Below, one piece after another: positions 15,552-24,889 of a stretch of DNA of 35,734 nt. Every line of letters starts with the position of its first letter. Position 1 is the stretch's first letter. The position numbers were made by a program, and so were the translations under genes. Below the pieces are notes generated by a model. That model was not told where the DNA came from. It saw only the letters and a program-made list of their open reading frames with translations, and did no database searches. Origin of the DNA: Chrysochromulina tobinii (taxonomy: Eukaryota). The DNA lies in assembly GCA_001275005.1 (NCBI GenBank), contig JWZX01002930.1, forward strand, positions 1-35,734, given 5' to 3'.

Positions 15552-17006
15552 CTAGCGCGCGCCCTCCTCGGCAGCTTGGTAGAGCGCGTTGATCTCCTGA
15601 GAGACCTCGGTGACGCGCCGGAGGATGGCCTCGCGCTCCTCGGGATCGAGGCGGCTGCCAAAGACCTGTACAAACTTGTCTGGGTGCCAGCGCAGCGACT
15701 TGGCGCGGAACGCTTGCTTGCGCTCCGCCGCACTTGCTGTCGCCGGGTCGAGGCCGAGAGCGCCCGCCTGCAGGGTGGGCCACGGCACGTCCACCACGCT
15801 GATGGGCGAATCAGAGCCCGAGCCGACGAAGCGCTCCCAGGCGGCGTCGTCCGATGCCGCCGCGGCCGCAGACTGCGCCGCGCTCGTCGGCGGCGCGGAT
15901 CCCTTTCGGAGCCGCTCCTTCTCCGCGTTGGCCTCGGCGCGCCGCCGCTCGTGTGCCACCTCCGCCTCGCGCCTCGCCTCCTCGCGCTTCTTCTGATCGC
16001 TCTTGTAACGGCTCCACCGGCCGGCGAGCATCTCGTCGTACAATTCGTCGTTCTCGTCGTCGTCTTTGAGTCCTCGATCCGGATCGGGCTCCGGCTCGGG
16101 CCGCCGTGCAGGGCGGCGTGTACCCGCGGCCGGGGGCCCGTACCCGGGCACGCGGTAGACGCCCGCGCCGCCAAAGCCGCGCCCTCGGCTGGCACTGCCG
16201 CTGCTGCCGCTTCCGCTGCTACTGCCGGAGGCGGAGGAGCCCGTGCTCGTGCCGTTGCGAGCGCGCCCGCCGCTCGCGCGCCCGCCGTCGCTGCGTAACG
16301 AGCCCGTGCTCGAGGCCGAGGAGGGACGCTCGCCCATCGCTGTGTTCACGAGGCGCACCGGGCCCTCACGCGCGGCGCCGCTGCCACCTTTGGGCGCGCC
16401 GCGCACCTTGGCGCACATCTCGCAGTATGGGAGGCTCTCCTCGTGTACGTGCCCACAATGCACACATCGCCACGACGCGCTGCCCTCGCCAGCAAGAGTG
16501 GTCGCCGCAGCCCCACCCGCCGAAGTGCGCCGCGCAGACGCGCTTCCCGAGCTGGACGTAGCAGGTCGCGCGCACGAAGGGGCGCTGGGCGCCTCCGGAG
16601 CTAACCGCGCGGATGAAGGGGCGCTGGGCGCCTCTGCCGCCGCGCGGCCGGCCACGTTGGCAAGCGAGAGCAAAAAGTCGCTCATCGGACGCGCCGACGC
16701 GTTGGGCACTTGCAGCACGGCATCCACAATCGGCGATGGTTCGAGGGCGTCCCCAATGGAGACGCCCACCAACCCGATAATTTTGGCGCAATACAGCCGC
16801 TGCGCCTCCGCGGTCTGCTGGCCGCCTCGGCGCTCGTCCGCCGTGTACAGGCCGCGGCCGAAGCCGGTGTTGCTGCAGAGTTGACTCACGACCTCGTGAA
16901 ATCCGTTGAAGCTCGGCTCGGAGAGTAGCGAACGCACGTCGGCGGCTGGCACGCCGAAAGCCGAGAGGGCGTCGGTCACCTTGGCGAGGCGTCCCGCGAA
17001 CTGCAT
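15552..17006 (-). CDS. RanBP2-type zinc finger protein with a C-terminal NFKBIL1-like partial J-domain (HPD motif)
   Basis: WRCVHCGHVHEESLPYCEMC (W-x-C-x2-C-x10-C-x2-C). C-terminus AWERF...DVPWP...SLRWHPDKFVQVFGSRL...RVTEVSQEINAL. Confidence 0.75.
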   Translation of the reverse strand: MQFAGRLAKVTDALSAFGVPAADVRSLLSEPSFNGFHEVVSQLCSNTGFGRGLYTADERRGGQQTAEAQRLYCAKIIGLVGVSIGDALEPSPIVDAVLQVPNASARPMSDFLLSLANVAGRAAAEAPSAPSSARLAPEAPSAPSCARPATSSSGSASARRTSAGGAAATTLAGEGSASWRCVHCGHVHEESLPYCEMCAKVRGAPKGGSGAAREGPVRLVNTAMGERPSSASSTGSLRSDGGRASGGRARNGTSTGSSASGSSSGSGSSGSASRGRGFGGAGVYRVPGYGPPAAGTRRPARRPEPEPDPDRGLKDDDENDELYDEMLAGRWSRYKSDQKKREEARREAEVAHERRRAEANAEKERLRKGSAPPTSAAQSAAAAASDDAAWERFVGSGSDSPISVVDVPWPTLQAGALGLDPATASAAERKQAFRAKSLRWHPDKFVQVFGSRLDPEEREAILRRVTEVSQEINALYQAAEEGAR

Positions 17007-17144
17007 CCGAGTCGCGAGTGTGAGAGAAGACCGTTGGGGGCAGGCGCAATTACATCCCTCATCACTACAATTAGAGGGTCAATCGACCGTGCCGACGCGG
17101 CACCAAGAAGGGGATCGGTCGCCACACACACCTGCGTCCAACAG

Positions 17145-17184
17145 CACACGGTTCACACGGTTCACACGGTTCACACGATCACAC
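17145..17184. repeat. Short tandem repeat (CACACGGTT)x3 plus a partial unit
   Basis: cacacggtt cacacggtt cacacggtt cacacgat cacac, about 140 bp upstream of the ATG at 17006. Confidence 0.85.
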
Positions 17185-17650
17185 CCAGATGAACCCAGAA
17201 GGATGAACCATGAAGACCGGCACCGGTCCCGCGGTCCGACTCAGGCGGACGCACGCCGTCAAGCTCTTTCCCATGTTTACCGAAAATCGTTCACGTTCAC
17301 TGCGTTTTATTTGCCATCGCGGCAAGACGCCCGGGCCGTGGAGGGCGCACAGACACCTTCCACGTCCCAGCGGTCCCAGGGGTCACAGAGGAGATCTTCG
17401 CATATCGCATTGTCCCCAATCTCCCCATTGCGTTGTTGATTTACAGATCGTGATCGAGATGAGTTGTCGAGATCCACCGCGGTTGCGTGTAACGGTTCAG
17501 TTGTGTGGTCGCCCGGGAGTTTAATCCAATGGTTTAATCGAAATCGTCTAGAACGACGCTTACTTTTGTGTGGTTTCCCATGTGTCAGTTCTAAAACATC
17601 CCTGCACTCTCTGTCCTCCGTTGCACACACCCGCACGCGTCGCCATGCTC

Positions 17651-18229
17651 TCAGCCGGCCGCCTTCGCCGCCGCCGCGAGACCCTTCTCGAGGTTCTCGG
17701 GCAGCTCTATGCTGTTGATGCGCAGCATCGTGAGCCGCGCGCGGTAGCCGCGCCACCGGCGGTACCCCTTGCGCCTGCGCTTTTTGAAGATGATGACCTT
17801 GGGGCCGTAGCCCTGCTCCTCGACGGTCGCGTGCACCGCAGCGCCCTCGATGAGCGGCGAGCCGATGACAGTGCCGCTGCGCTCGCCTACGAGGAGCACG
17901 CGCCGCGCAGCCAGATCGGCGCCCACGGGCAGCGCGAGCTTCTCTACGACGATCAGGTCGTCCGGAGCCACCTTGTACTGCGCGCCGCCGAGGGCGATGA
18001 TTGCGAAGCGCGACGCGGCCTCCGGCGGCGCACGAACCGCTTCCACAGCTGTTGCCGCTGACACAGGAAAGGATTCGGCGAGCGGCGGCTCCGCGCCGCT
18101 GGTTCTGCTGCTGAGCAGGGCACGCGCGGCGACGAGTGCGGGCGGGCGGGGGAGCATCGCCGCTTTGCCGCCGACTCCCATGCACGGCAGGCGGCGCGAG
18201 CTCGTCAGAGCGGAGAAGAGGCGACGCAT
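17651..18229 (-). CDS. rpl21: Ribosomal protein bL21, nucleus-encoded, probably mitochondrial
   Basis: FAIIALGGAQYKV, IGSPLIEGAAVHATVEEQ, KVIIFKKRRRKGYRRWRGYRARLTMLRI. The presequence MRRLFSALTSSRRL is Arg/Ser-rich with no signal peptide. ATG at 18229. Confidence 0.93.
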   Translation of the reverse strand: MRRLFSALTSSRRLPCMGVGGKAAMLPRPPALVAARALLSSRTSGAEPPLAESFPVSAATAVEAVRAPPEAASRFAIIALGGAQYKVAPDDLIVVEKLALPVGADLAARRVLLVGERSGTVIGSPLIEGAAVHATVEEQGYGPKVIIFKKRRRKGYRRWRGYRARLTMLRINSIELPENLEKGLAAAAKAAG

Positions 18230-18436
18230 CCTCCCGAAGCTCTTCACAGAAAAACAAACGCGCAAGTGAACGCACTAATCACACTCGCCACATTCACATC
18301 TAAGCACGTCATCATATCATATCACAGGTTTGTCTCGTGCGGACTTCTGCTGCGGCTTGTACCTCTAACCTACAAAGGAGGCTATCGGTCATCGCCGCCG
18401 GTGCCCAACGGGCTCGGTCGTCCCCGCAGCGCCACC

Positions 18437-21313
18437 ATGATCCACGCCAGCAACAAGCGGGCGCTGGAGCTGTGTCACTTCGACGCGACGAAGCACGTTT
18501 TCCTCGAGGGCAGCGAGGGGGCGGTGCGCCACCTGCCTCTCGCACCGCCTGTGCAACGGCTCATCTGCAGCCAGCCACTGGCCTGGCGCGCCTGCTGCTG
18601 CTGCGCCTGCTGGCGTCGCTGTGCAACCGAGCGCGCCTCTCCCCTCCTCACCTCCTCGCCTCCACTCACCACCCGTCATGCTCTCGCCCATGCGCAGCTC
18701 TCGTTCGGTGAGTCGTCCTGCTTCTCGACCGAGATCCACTTCTACTGCGAGCCCAACTCGGAGCCGATCGAGCCGCCAGGGCACCAGCAGGGGCCCGCGC
18801 AGTGGCACGGCCATCAGGTGCTCCTCTCCAAGTTCAACGGCTGCGTGAGCGGCGAGTACCGCATTGGGCTCGACGCGCAGCGGCACGTCATCTTCCAGCG
18901 TGAGGTGTCGCCATGGATCGTGACGACGACGGACGTGATCCCGCTGCATGAGTGGCACTCGATCGTGTGCACGTACGACGGTCACTTCATGCGAATCTAC
19001 ATCGACTGCCGGCAGGCCGCGCACATCGCGTGCGGCCCGCAGAAGACGGACCTGACCTCGCCCACGCTCCTTGGCGCCGACCTATGCGGCTACGCCTCGG
19101 CGCACCACTTCGAGGGGTATATCTCGGAGGTGTCGCTGTGGCAGCGCTCGCTCGACGCGTCCGAGGTCAAGGCGCTCGCCAACTCGAACCCCCTCTCCTC
19201 CAAGACCCTGTCCAAGGATCTGATCGGCTACTGGTGCGTCTACCAGCGAGCCGACGCTCAGTCCAAGATCCGGAATGGGGTGCGCCTCGCGGGCGAGCAG
19301 CAGTTCCACGGCGTGTACCTGCGCGAGGGTACGCCGCTGCTCGACCGGTGGCGCGGCTGGCTCGCCTCGGGCGGCGAGGCCCTCCCACGCCCGGCCAAGC
19401 CCGTGCCGGGCAACCACATGGGCCCCCTCTTCGGTGGCAAGGAGGGCGTGTACATGCATGTGACCGGCTCAGCCTCGCGCCTCTCATTCGGCGGCACAGC
19501 GGTCTTCACGCTGGCGGTGCAGTTCTGCCCGCTGCCGACGGCCGCACGCGCGGCCGCGCCGCCGACGGGCGGCGCTGCCGGCTCCTCACGCGACGCGGCC
19601 GCCGCCGCCACTGCACGCCCGATGATCTTGCTCTCTAAGTTCCATGCGGGCCTGCGCGGCGAGTTTCGGCTCGGGCTCGATGCGCAGCTACGCCCCTTTT
19701 TCCATCGCGAGGTGGAGCCGTGGGACCTGGTCGCGCCGACGGCGGTCACCGCCAACGAGTGGCACGAGCTCCACGCCACGTTTGACGGCCACACGATGCG
19801 CCTCTACGTCGACCGACGCCTCGCCACCTCGGCAAAGAGTGGCGCGCAGTTTACAGACCAGGTGACGCCCGTGCTCATCGGCGCCGAGTTTGGGCGCACG
19901 TCGATTGAGAACCACTTCGACGGTTACATCTCGGAGGCGCGGATATGGAACCGCGCCCTCTCGGCCGACGAGGTCGTCCACGCCTTTGCGCACACGCAGC
20001 CGAAGAGCGGGGCCAACCTGCTCCAGCGCGGGCTGCTCGCGCATTGGCGGCCGCTCGACGCGTCGCTGGACGAGCCTGACGGCCGGCTGACCGTGTTCAA
20101 CCTGATCGCGGCGCGGGCCAACTCGGTGACCACGATGGACGCGCTGCTCAAGCGCAACCAGCAGACCCACCCGCTCGAGCTCACGCTGCGCGCGGGCGTG
20201 CGCGCCGTGCTCGTCGAGCTCGGCAGTGTCACGGCGCGCTCGGCGCAGTGGCGCCGCGGTATCCAGATGGTGGCGCGCAAGGACGAGTTCAAGCACTACT
20301 GCTACCTGGGCACGAGCGTCGCGCTCCAGAAGAGCTTGCTGCAGGCGCTCGACCTGCACGCTCACCAGCTCATCGCGCAGCGCCTCTCGGAGCTACAGGA
20401 CCCGAATGACCACGCGCTCAAGAAGCTGCATTCGGAGGCGAAGCAGAAGCTCGCCGACGTGCGCGGGCGCGGCGCGCAGCTCTACCGTGAGTGGTTCTTC
20501 CACAACCCGATCTCGCACCTTCGCGAGTGCGATGGCGACCGATGCGAGTTTTGGCGCTTCCGCTACCCAAAGCGGCGCGAGGTCGCCATGAACCTCGTGA
20601 CGCAGCAGGCCGTGCAGCGCTTCCCGCCACGCACAGGCCAGCCACTCATCATCTCCTCCTTCGGCTCGGGGCTCCTCTTCCAGGAGTTTACGCACGTGGC
20701 CAAGCTCGTGCAGGAGGGCTACCGGCTGCTGCGCCTCGTTCTCGTCGACACCGCCTACGTGCCCTGGAAGCAGAAGTACCTCGCGCGCGACGGCTGCTGC
20801 CGCATCTATTGCCAGCCCACCCAGGAGCTGCATCCTGACATGATCCGGCCGGCGCCCGCGTACTCGGCGCCGGGCACGACCAAGGAGACGCTCGACTCGA
20901 CTGCGTCGAACGCGGTCAACAACGCGATCTCCTTTGTGCTCTATAACGAGGCCATCTTCCAATTCGTCCAGTGGTTCGCCTCGGAGCCAACGGTCGACCT
21001 CCAGGTGCTCCTCTACGACTCGGTCGACGCGTACATCGCCGACTGCCAGCTGGCGCCCAACGAGGTGATGGCGCACGTGTGCACCGCCATCGACTACAAG
21101 GACAACGACAAGCTGCTCGAGGACCATGTCAATCACATGGCGAGCAACACGCTCCGGCAGGACGGCGTCTGCGTCAAACTCGTCACGCGCCCAGGCGAGG
21201 CGCTGCCTGGCGTCTATGTCGAGGACCGGCTGCGCAATGTGCTCCACTCCGTAGTTCTCGACAATGGCCATGAGAGCCACTTCCAGGGCCGCTGCCAGGA
21301 GTGCGAGGTCTGA
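18437..21313 (+). CDS. Protein with two LamG/concanavalin-A-like domains and a C-terminal Rossmann (SAM-methyltransferase-like) domain; one intron
   Basis: Repeated LLSKF..GE(Y/F)R(I/L)GLDAQ...EWH...T(Y/F)DGHxMR(I/L)Y(I/V)D...L(L/I)GA...F(E/D)GYISE...W.R.L. ATG in GCCACCATG context at 18437. C-terminal IISSFGSG...LVLVD. Confidence 0.8.
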   Translation: MIHASNKRALELCHFDATKHVFLEGSEGAVRHLPLAPPVQRLICSQPLAWRACCCCACWRRCATERASPLLTSSPPLTTRHALAHAQLSFGESSCFSTEIHFYCEPNSEPIEPPGHQQGPAQWHGHQVLLSKFNGCVSGEYRIGLDAQRHVIFQREVSPWIVTTTDVIPLHEWHSIVCTYDGHFMRIYIDCRQAAHIACGPQKTDLTSPTLLGADLCGYASAHHFEGYISEVSLWQRSLDASEVKALANSNPLSSKTLSKDLIGYWCVYQRADAQSKIRNGVRLAGEQQFHGVYLREGTPLLDRWRGWLASGGEALPRPAKPVPGNHMGPLFGGKEGVYMHVTGSASRLSFGGTAVFTLAVQFCPLPTAARAAAPPTGGAAGSSRDAAAAATARPMILLSKFHAGLRGEFRLGLDAQLRPFFHREVEPWDLVAPTAVTANEWHELHATFDGHTMRLYVDRRLATSAKSGAQFTDQVTPVLIGAEFGRTSIENHFDGYISEARIWNRALSADEVVHAFAHTQPKSGANLLQRGLLAHWRPLDASLDEPDGRLTVFNLIAARANSVTTMDALLKRNQQTHPLELTLRAGVRAVLVELGSVTARSAQWRRGIQMVARKDEFKHYCYLGTSVALQKSLLQALDLHAHQLIAQRLSELQDPNDHALKKLHSEAKQKLADVRGRGAQLYREWFFHNPISHLRECDGDRCEFWRFRYPKRREVAMNLVTQQAVQRFPPRTGQPLIISSFGSGLLFQEFTHVAKLVQEGYRLLRLVLVDTAYVPWKQKYLARDGCCRIYCQPTQELHPDMIRPAPAYSAPGTTKETLDSTASNAVNNAISFVLYNEAIFQFVQWFASEPTVDLQVLLYDSVDAYIADCQLAPNEVMAHVCTAIDYKDNDKLLEDHVNHMASNTLRQDGVCVKLVTRPGEALPGVYVEDRLRNVLHSVVLDNGHESHFQGRCQECEV
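18524..18697 (+). other. Spliceosomal intron, 174 nt, phase 0, in frame and stop-free
   Basis: GTGCGC...CTCAC (branch-like)...pyrimidine-rich...GCAG. Removal joins FLEGSEGA|LSFGESSCF, which aligns with the second LamG repeat (HVTGSASRLSFGGTAVF). Confidence 0.8.
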
Positions 21314-21908
21314 ACGCGTGCGTGCGCACCCGGGACGGACCTCTGACCGCCGGCGGGCCACCCTATCTGTGGTGGCCACTCGGCGCCTGCTCGCACCCTC
21401 CTCATCGCTCGATGCTCCTCCGTTGACGTGAAGACAGAAGAGCCTCACGACACTAACTTAAATCTTCGACGAGGGCTGAGCTTGACGGCAGCTCTGCTGA
21501 ACAAAGTACAATCAACAATTCGGAACTCTGTCCCAGTTCGGACGCGGTGTGGGTGACGCGTCGGTGTACGCGTATCCCCCACACCGGTCACCGCCACACA
21601 GAGCTTAGTGCACCGCGCAGACGGCAGCGGACCTTATTCCGCCGTGGTGCCGCGTACAATGCTTTGTGTTTTCTGTATCATGGATACACGCGATACATCA
21701 TGTCCTCTAGCACTGCAACGCCACACATCTCTCCACATGCCGCGGGGCCGGACAGAGATCAGATTGAGAACACTCTGGGTCAGGGGCGGGACCGAGGTTA
21801 GTACGCGCGACTACGAGGCGCCGCCGGGGAGGGGGAATAACGCCACCGCCCGGCGACCCCGGCGCCCCTGGAACCGCCGCCCTGCGCATGAGTCGACCTG
21901 CGTCGCGT

Positions 21909-22685
21909 CTACAGGGGGATAGGGAGCGAGTTCACAATCGCGCCCAGCTGCTCGTAGGTGCCCATGCCCGAGACCTGCTGCGCCATGAGCTCACCCAGCA
22001 CCGCAATCATCGCGAGCCGGCCGTTCTTGAGCTCCTTCAGCTGCTTGGACTTGAACTCGGCCGGATCCTCGGGCTTGAAGCCGAGGAAGGTCGGGATCTC
22101 GCCGGGCGCCTTGGTGTAGTCCTGCTTGGCGATGGTCACTTCGTGCAGGCCAACGAGCGCAATGATCTGGAACCAGCCGGCGGCAGGCACGGCACCGATA
22201 GCGGCGATGCCACCCGGGATGTCGTCGAAGTGGAGGTCAGCCGACGGAGAGAGCAGGGCATGCGTCGGCTTGACCAGGTCAGCCGGGCCCACGGTCATGC
22301 CAAGGAAGGCGACCATGCAAATGCGACCATGCTTGATCTCCACAACGCGGCGGCGGTAGAGGGCGGCCTCATCCTGGCCGAGGCCGAGCGGGTCAAAGAT
22401 CTTGCCCTCCGGCGTGCCACCGAAGATCGGATCGTTGATGCCGCCCACGAGGTCCTCGACCTTCATGCTGACGGACGCGCGCGAGGCGCGGACCGGCGCG
22501 ATCACAGGCGCGTTGAACGAAAGCGAGGCAGCGGAGAGAGCGAGCTGCACGACAGGCGAATCGAGCGCGCGCGCAGATCGTCAGATCGTGCGATAGCACC
22601 GGCGGGCAGCGCAGCGCCTCAGGCGAAGAACCCCTGCCAGGCACCTGGCAAGCATGCGGCGCTGTTCGAGGAGGCCAGCTACCAT
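21909..22685 (-). CDS. Fucoxanthin-chlorophyll a/c-binding light-harvesting protein (Lhc/FCP); exon 1 is the ATG only (22683-22685), exon 2 is 21909-22544
   Basis: FDPLGL, EIKHGRICMVAFLG, GWFQI, ELKNGRLAMIAVLG. The spliced N-terminus MLALSAASLSFNAPVIAPVRASRASVSM is a bipartite signal plus transit peptide with the conserved F. Confidence 0.95.
22545..22682 (-). other. Spliceosomal intron (138 nt) directly after the start codon of the Lhc gene
   Basis: Minus strand reads AAAGAAATG|GTAGCT...CTGAC...GTGCAG|CTCGCT. There is no in-frame ATG at the start of exon 2. Confidence 0.8.
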
Positions 22686-22728
22686 TTCTTTGTGAATCGC
22701 GTATCGTGCGACGCCGAGATCGCACTTC

Positions 22729-22735
22729 ATTTATA
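22729..22735 (-). promoter_or_regulatory. Candidate TATA box of the Lhc gene
   Basis: TATAAAT on the minus strand about 45 bp upstream of the ATG, in otherwise GC-rich DNA. Confidence 0.55.
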
Positions 22736-22917
22736 CACCAAAACAGCAAAACTCAATTCTAGCACAGTTTACACTTTTCAGCAAAGGGTGCTCGCCATCA
22801 GTCAGTCGGTCAGTCAGTTATGTGCTTGCTTGCTTGCCGGCCTTCATCTGGTTGGGCGTCGAAGGCGGCCAACGACCCCTTCGTGGTCGAAACCCCGAGC
22901 CCCGTGTCTCAGCGTGG

Positions 22918-24748
22918 CTAATGAGGCTCGCCGATCTCTTCGATACGGCTCTCTTCGAGGGGGGGAGGGTTCTCACCATTTTCAATCTCCTCGATCCGGC
23001 AGCCGTCGTCGTCGTCGTCGTCGTCATCCTCGTCGTCCTCGTCGTCCTCGCCGTCCTCGCCGTCCTCGTCCTCATCGCCCAACATGCCTTGCATCATCAT
23101 GGCTTGCATCATCTGCTCGAGGCCGGCACCTCCGGCGGGCAGTTCGCCTCGGGCCTGCATGGCTGCGAGCATCTGCATCAGCGCAGCGGGCCCTTCACCT
23201 GCGCCAAAGCCGTCCTCGACGTCATCGCCACCGTCGTCGTCATCGCCATCCTCGTCGTCCTCGCCGTATTCGTATTCGTCCTCGTCGCCCTCGTCCTCGT
23301 CCTCGTCATCATCGTCGTCCTCCTCATCATCATCTCTCGATCCCATGCCCGCAAACATGGCCTCCGTCGGCATCCCCTCGTGCCGCCGTCGACTCTGCAC
23401 GACCGAAGGGTGCTCAAGCAGCGCACGGCGGGCATGCCGGCCCAGGTTCGCGTTGGTTGTGTTCACCTCGAGCGGCGGTGGCGTGCCGTTCGCAGGCAGT
23501 CCCGACGAAAGTGTCGGGTGGGACGTACGAAAGGTGAGGCGGTTGAGGCCGTAGCACGCCTGCAGTCCGAGCCGGCGCAAGTTGGGCGCGTACAGCGTGA
23601 GCGTCTCGAGCGAGTCGGACCGATGCAAGTCGACCTCGACGAGCTCATTCGACGCAAAGTGCAGCTCGCCCACCCAGAGCTTGTACGAGTCAAATCTCTC
23701 GAGCGACGTCGCGTGCTCGAGCATCGTGTTGATGACCTCGTCGCAGTCTCCGAGGAAGTGGATCGAGACACTCTTGAGATTCGGCAGCTCGATTGTCAGG
23801 TCGCACTCGTCGGGCACGTTCTGCATGCGCAGGCTCTGCACTGAGGGGGTCAGCGCCGAGTTGAGCACGATCTTGGCGAAGGAGACGTCGACGAGCTGCA
23901 GCTCGCGCAGCTCGGGCAGGTGGCGCTCGAGGGTGATTGCGTTGAGGCTCTCGTCATAGAAGCCGCTCCCCGAGGTGATCGTGAGCGTCTGCACGTCGGC
24001 AGGCAGAGCGTCGATCTCCTGCTGCAGCGTCGCGCTCGCCACGAGCGCCACGGTGTGCGCATAGACGCGCCGACGGTCAGAGGCGGGCATGGGCGCAGTC
24101 GTATGCACGCCGGCGAAGCACCACTGAGAGCCTTCGAACCGAGGCTCAGCGGGCGCGAGCTTCCCGTCGGGCGTGCGCTCCCATGGCGTCACCCTCACGT
24201 ACTGCTGCTCGCACGCGTTGCAGCCAAACGACGAGCGCATGCCGTCGGGGCCGCTCATCATCCCGAGCTCGGTCCTCAGATGTGTGGGGTGCGGCACCCG
24301 GCACTTGCTGCCAGGCACGCACGGCTCCAGGCAGCGCGTGCACGTCATGAAGCCGCCCACGATCCCCGCCACGTCCGCCCCCAACCGCCCTGCCAGCACA
24401 GACACAGCATCCATGCCACCGACCTCCTCGATGCTGTCGGGCTTCACGGGCGATCTTCTCGCCCTCGCCGCCAGAGAGCTGGAGGCCGTATCGTCTGTTC
24501 GCGATCCTGAAGTCTATCACCGTGGCCTCGCACCCATTCAGCTCAGGTCGGCTCTTCAGATTCTTGATCTTGACCACGGTGCCGATCTCGAGGCCCATCG
24601 GGGCCCACTCTGACATCAGCTCAGCCTCGGTCTTGGCGCCGCTCGCGATCGCGTCGGTGGCGCGGTCGTAGTCTGCGTCGGTGCATCGCTCGAGTGCCAG
24701 CAGGTCGGCAAACAGCGTTTCCAACTTCGCGTCGCTCACGGCAGCCAT
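22918..24748 (-). CDS. SH3-like barrel + F-box-like motif + Cys/His cluster + leucine-rich repeats + acidic tail; +1 frameshift at 24448-24450
   Basis: GTVVKIKNLKSRPELNG...RYGLQL...KIA continues as VKPDSI only if one C is removed from GCC C GTG. LxxLxL repeats (LRELQL, LKSVSI, LETLTL, LRRLGL). CTRC...CRVPH...CNAC...CFAGVH. Asp/Glu-rich C-terminus. Confidence 0.7.
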
Positions 24749-24889
24749 TGCGAGCGCCGCGGCTCAGCTGCTCGTGAACACAGTGCACCGTGCTTGTGGC
24801 GAAGTTTGTCCGCTCTATGTGCATACGAGCATTTCTAAATAACTTCTCTGAGCACCACGCGTCCCTCGCGTCGACCCTTGTAGCGCTGC

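Noticed and set aside
21888..23844. Long plus-strand ORFs of 549 aa and 340 aa (the latter looks like a membrane protein)
   Set aside because: Antisense shadows of the Lhc and LRR genes. The Val/Leu/Ile runs are the reverse complement of Asp/Glu codons.
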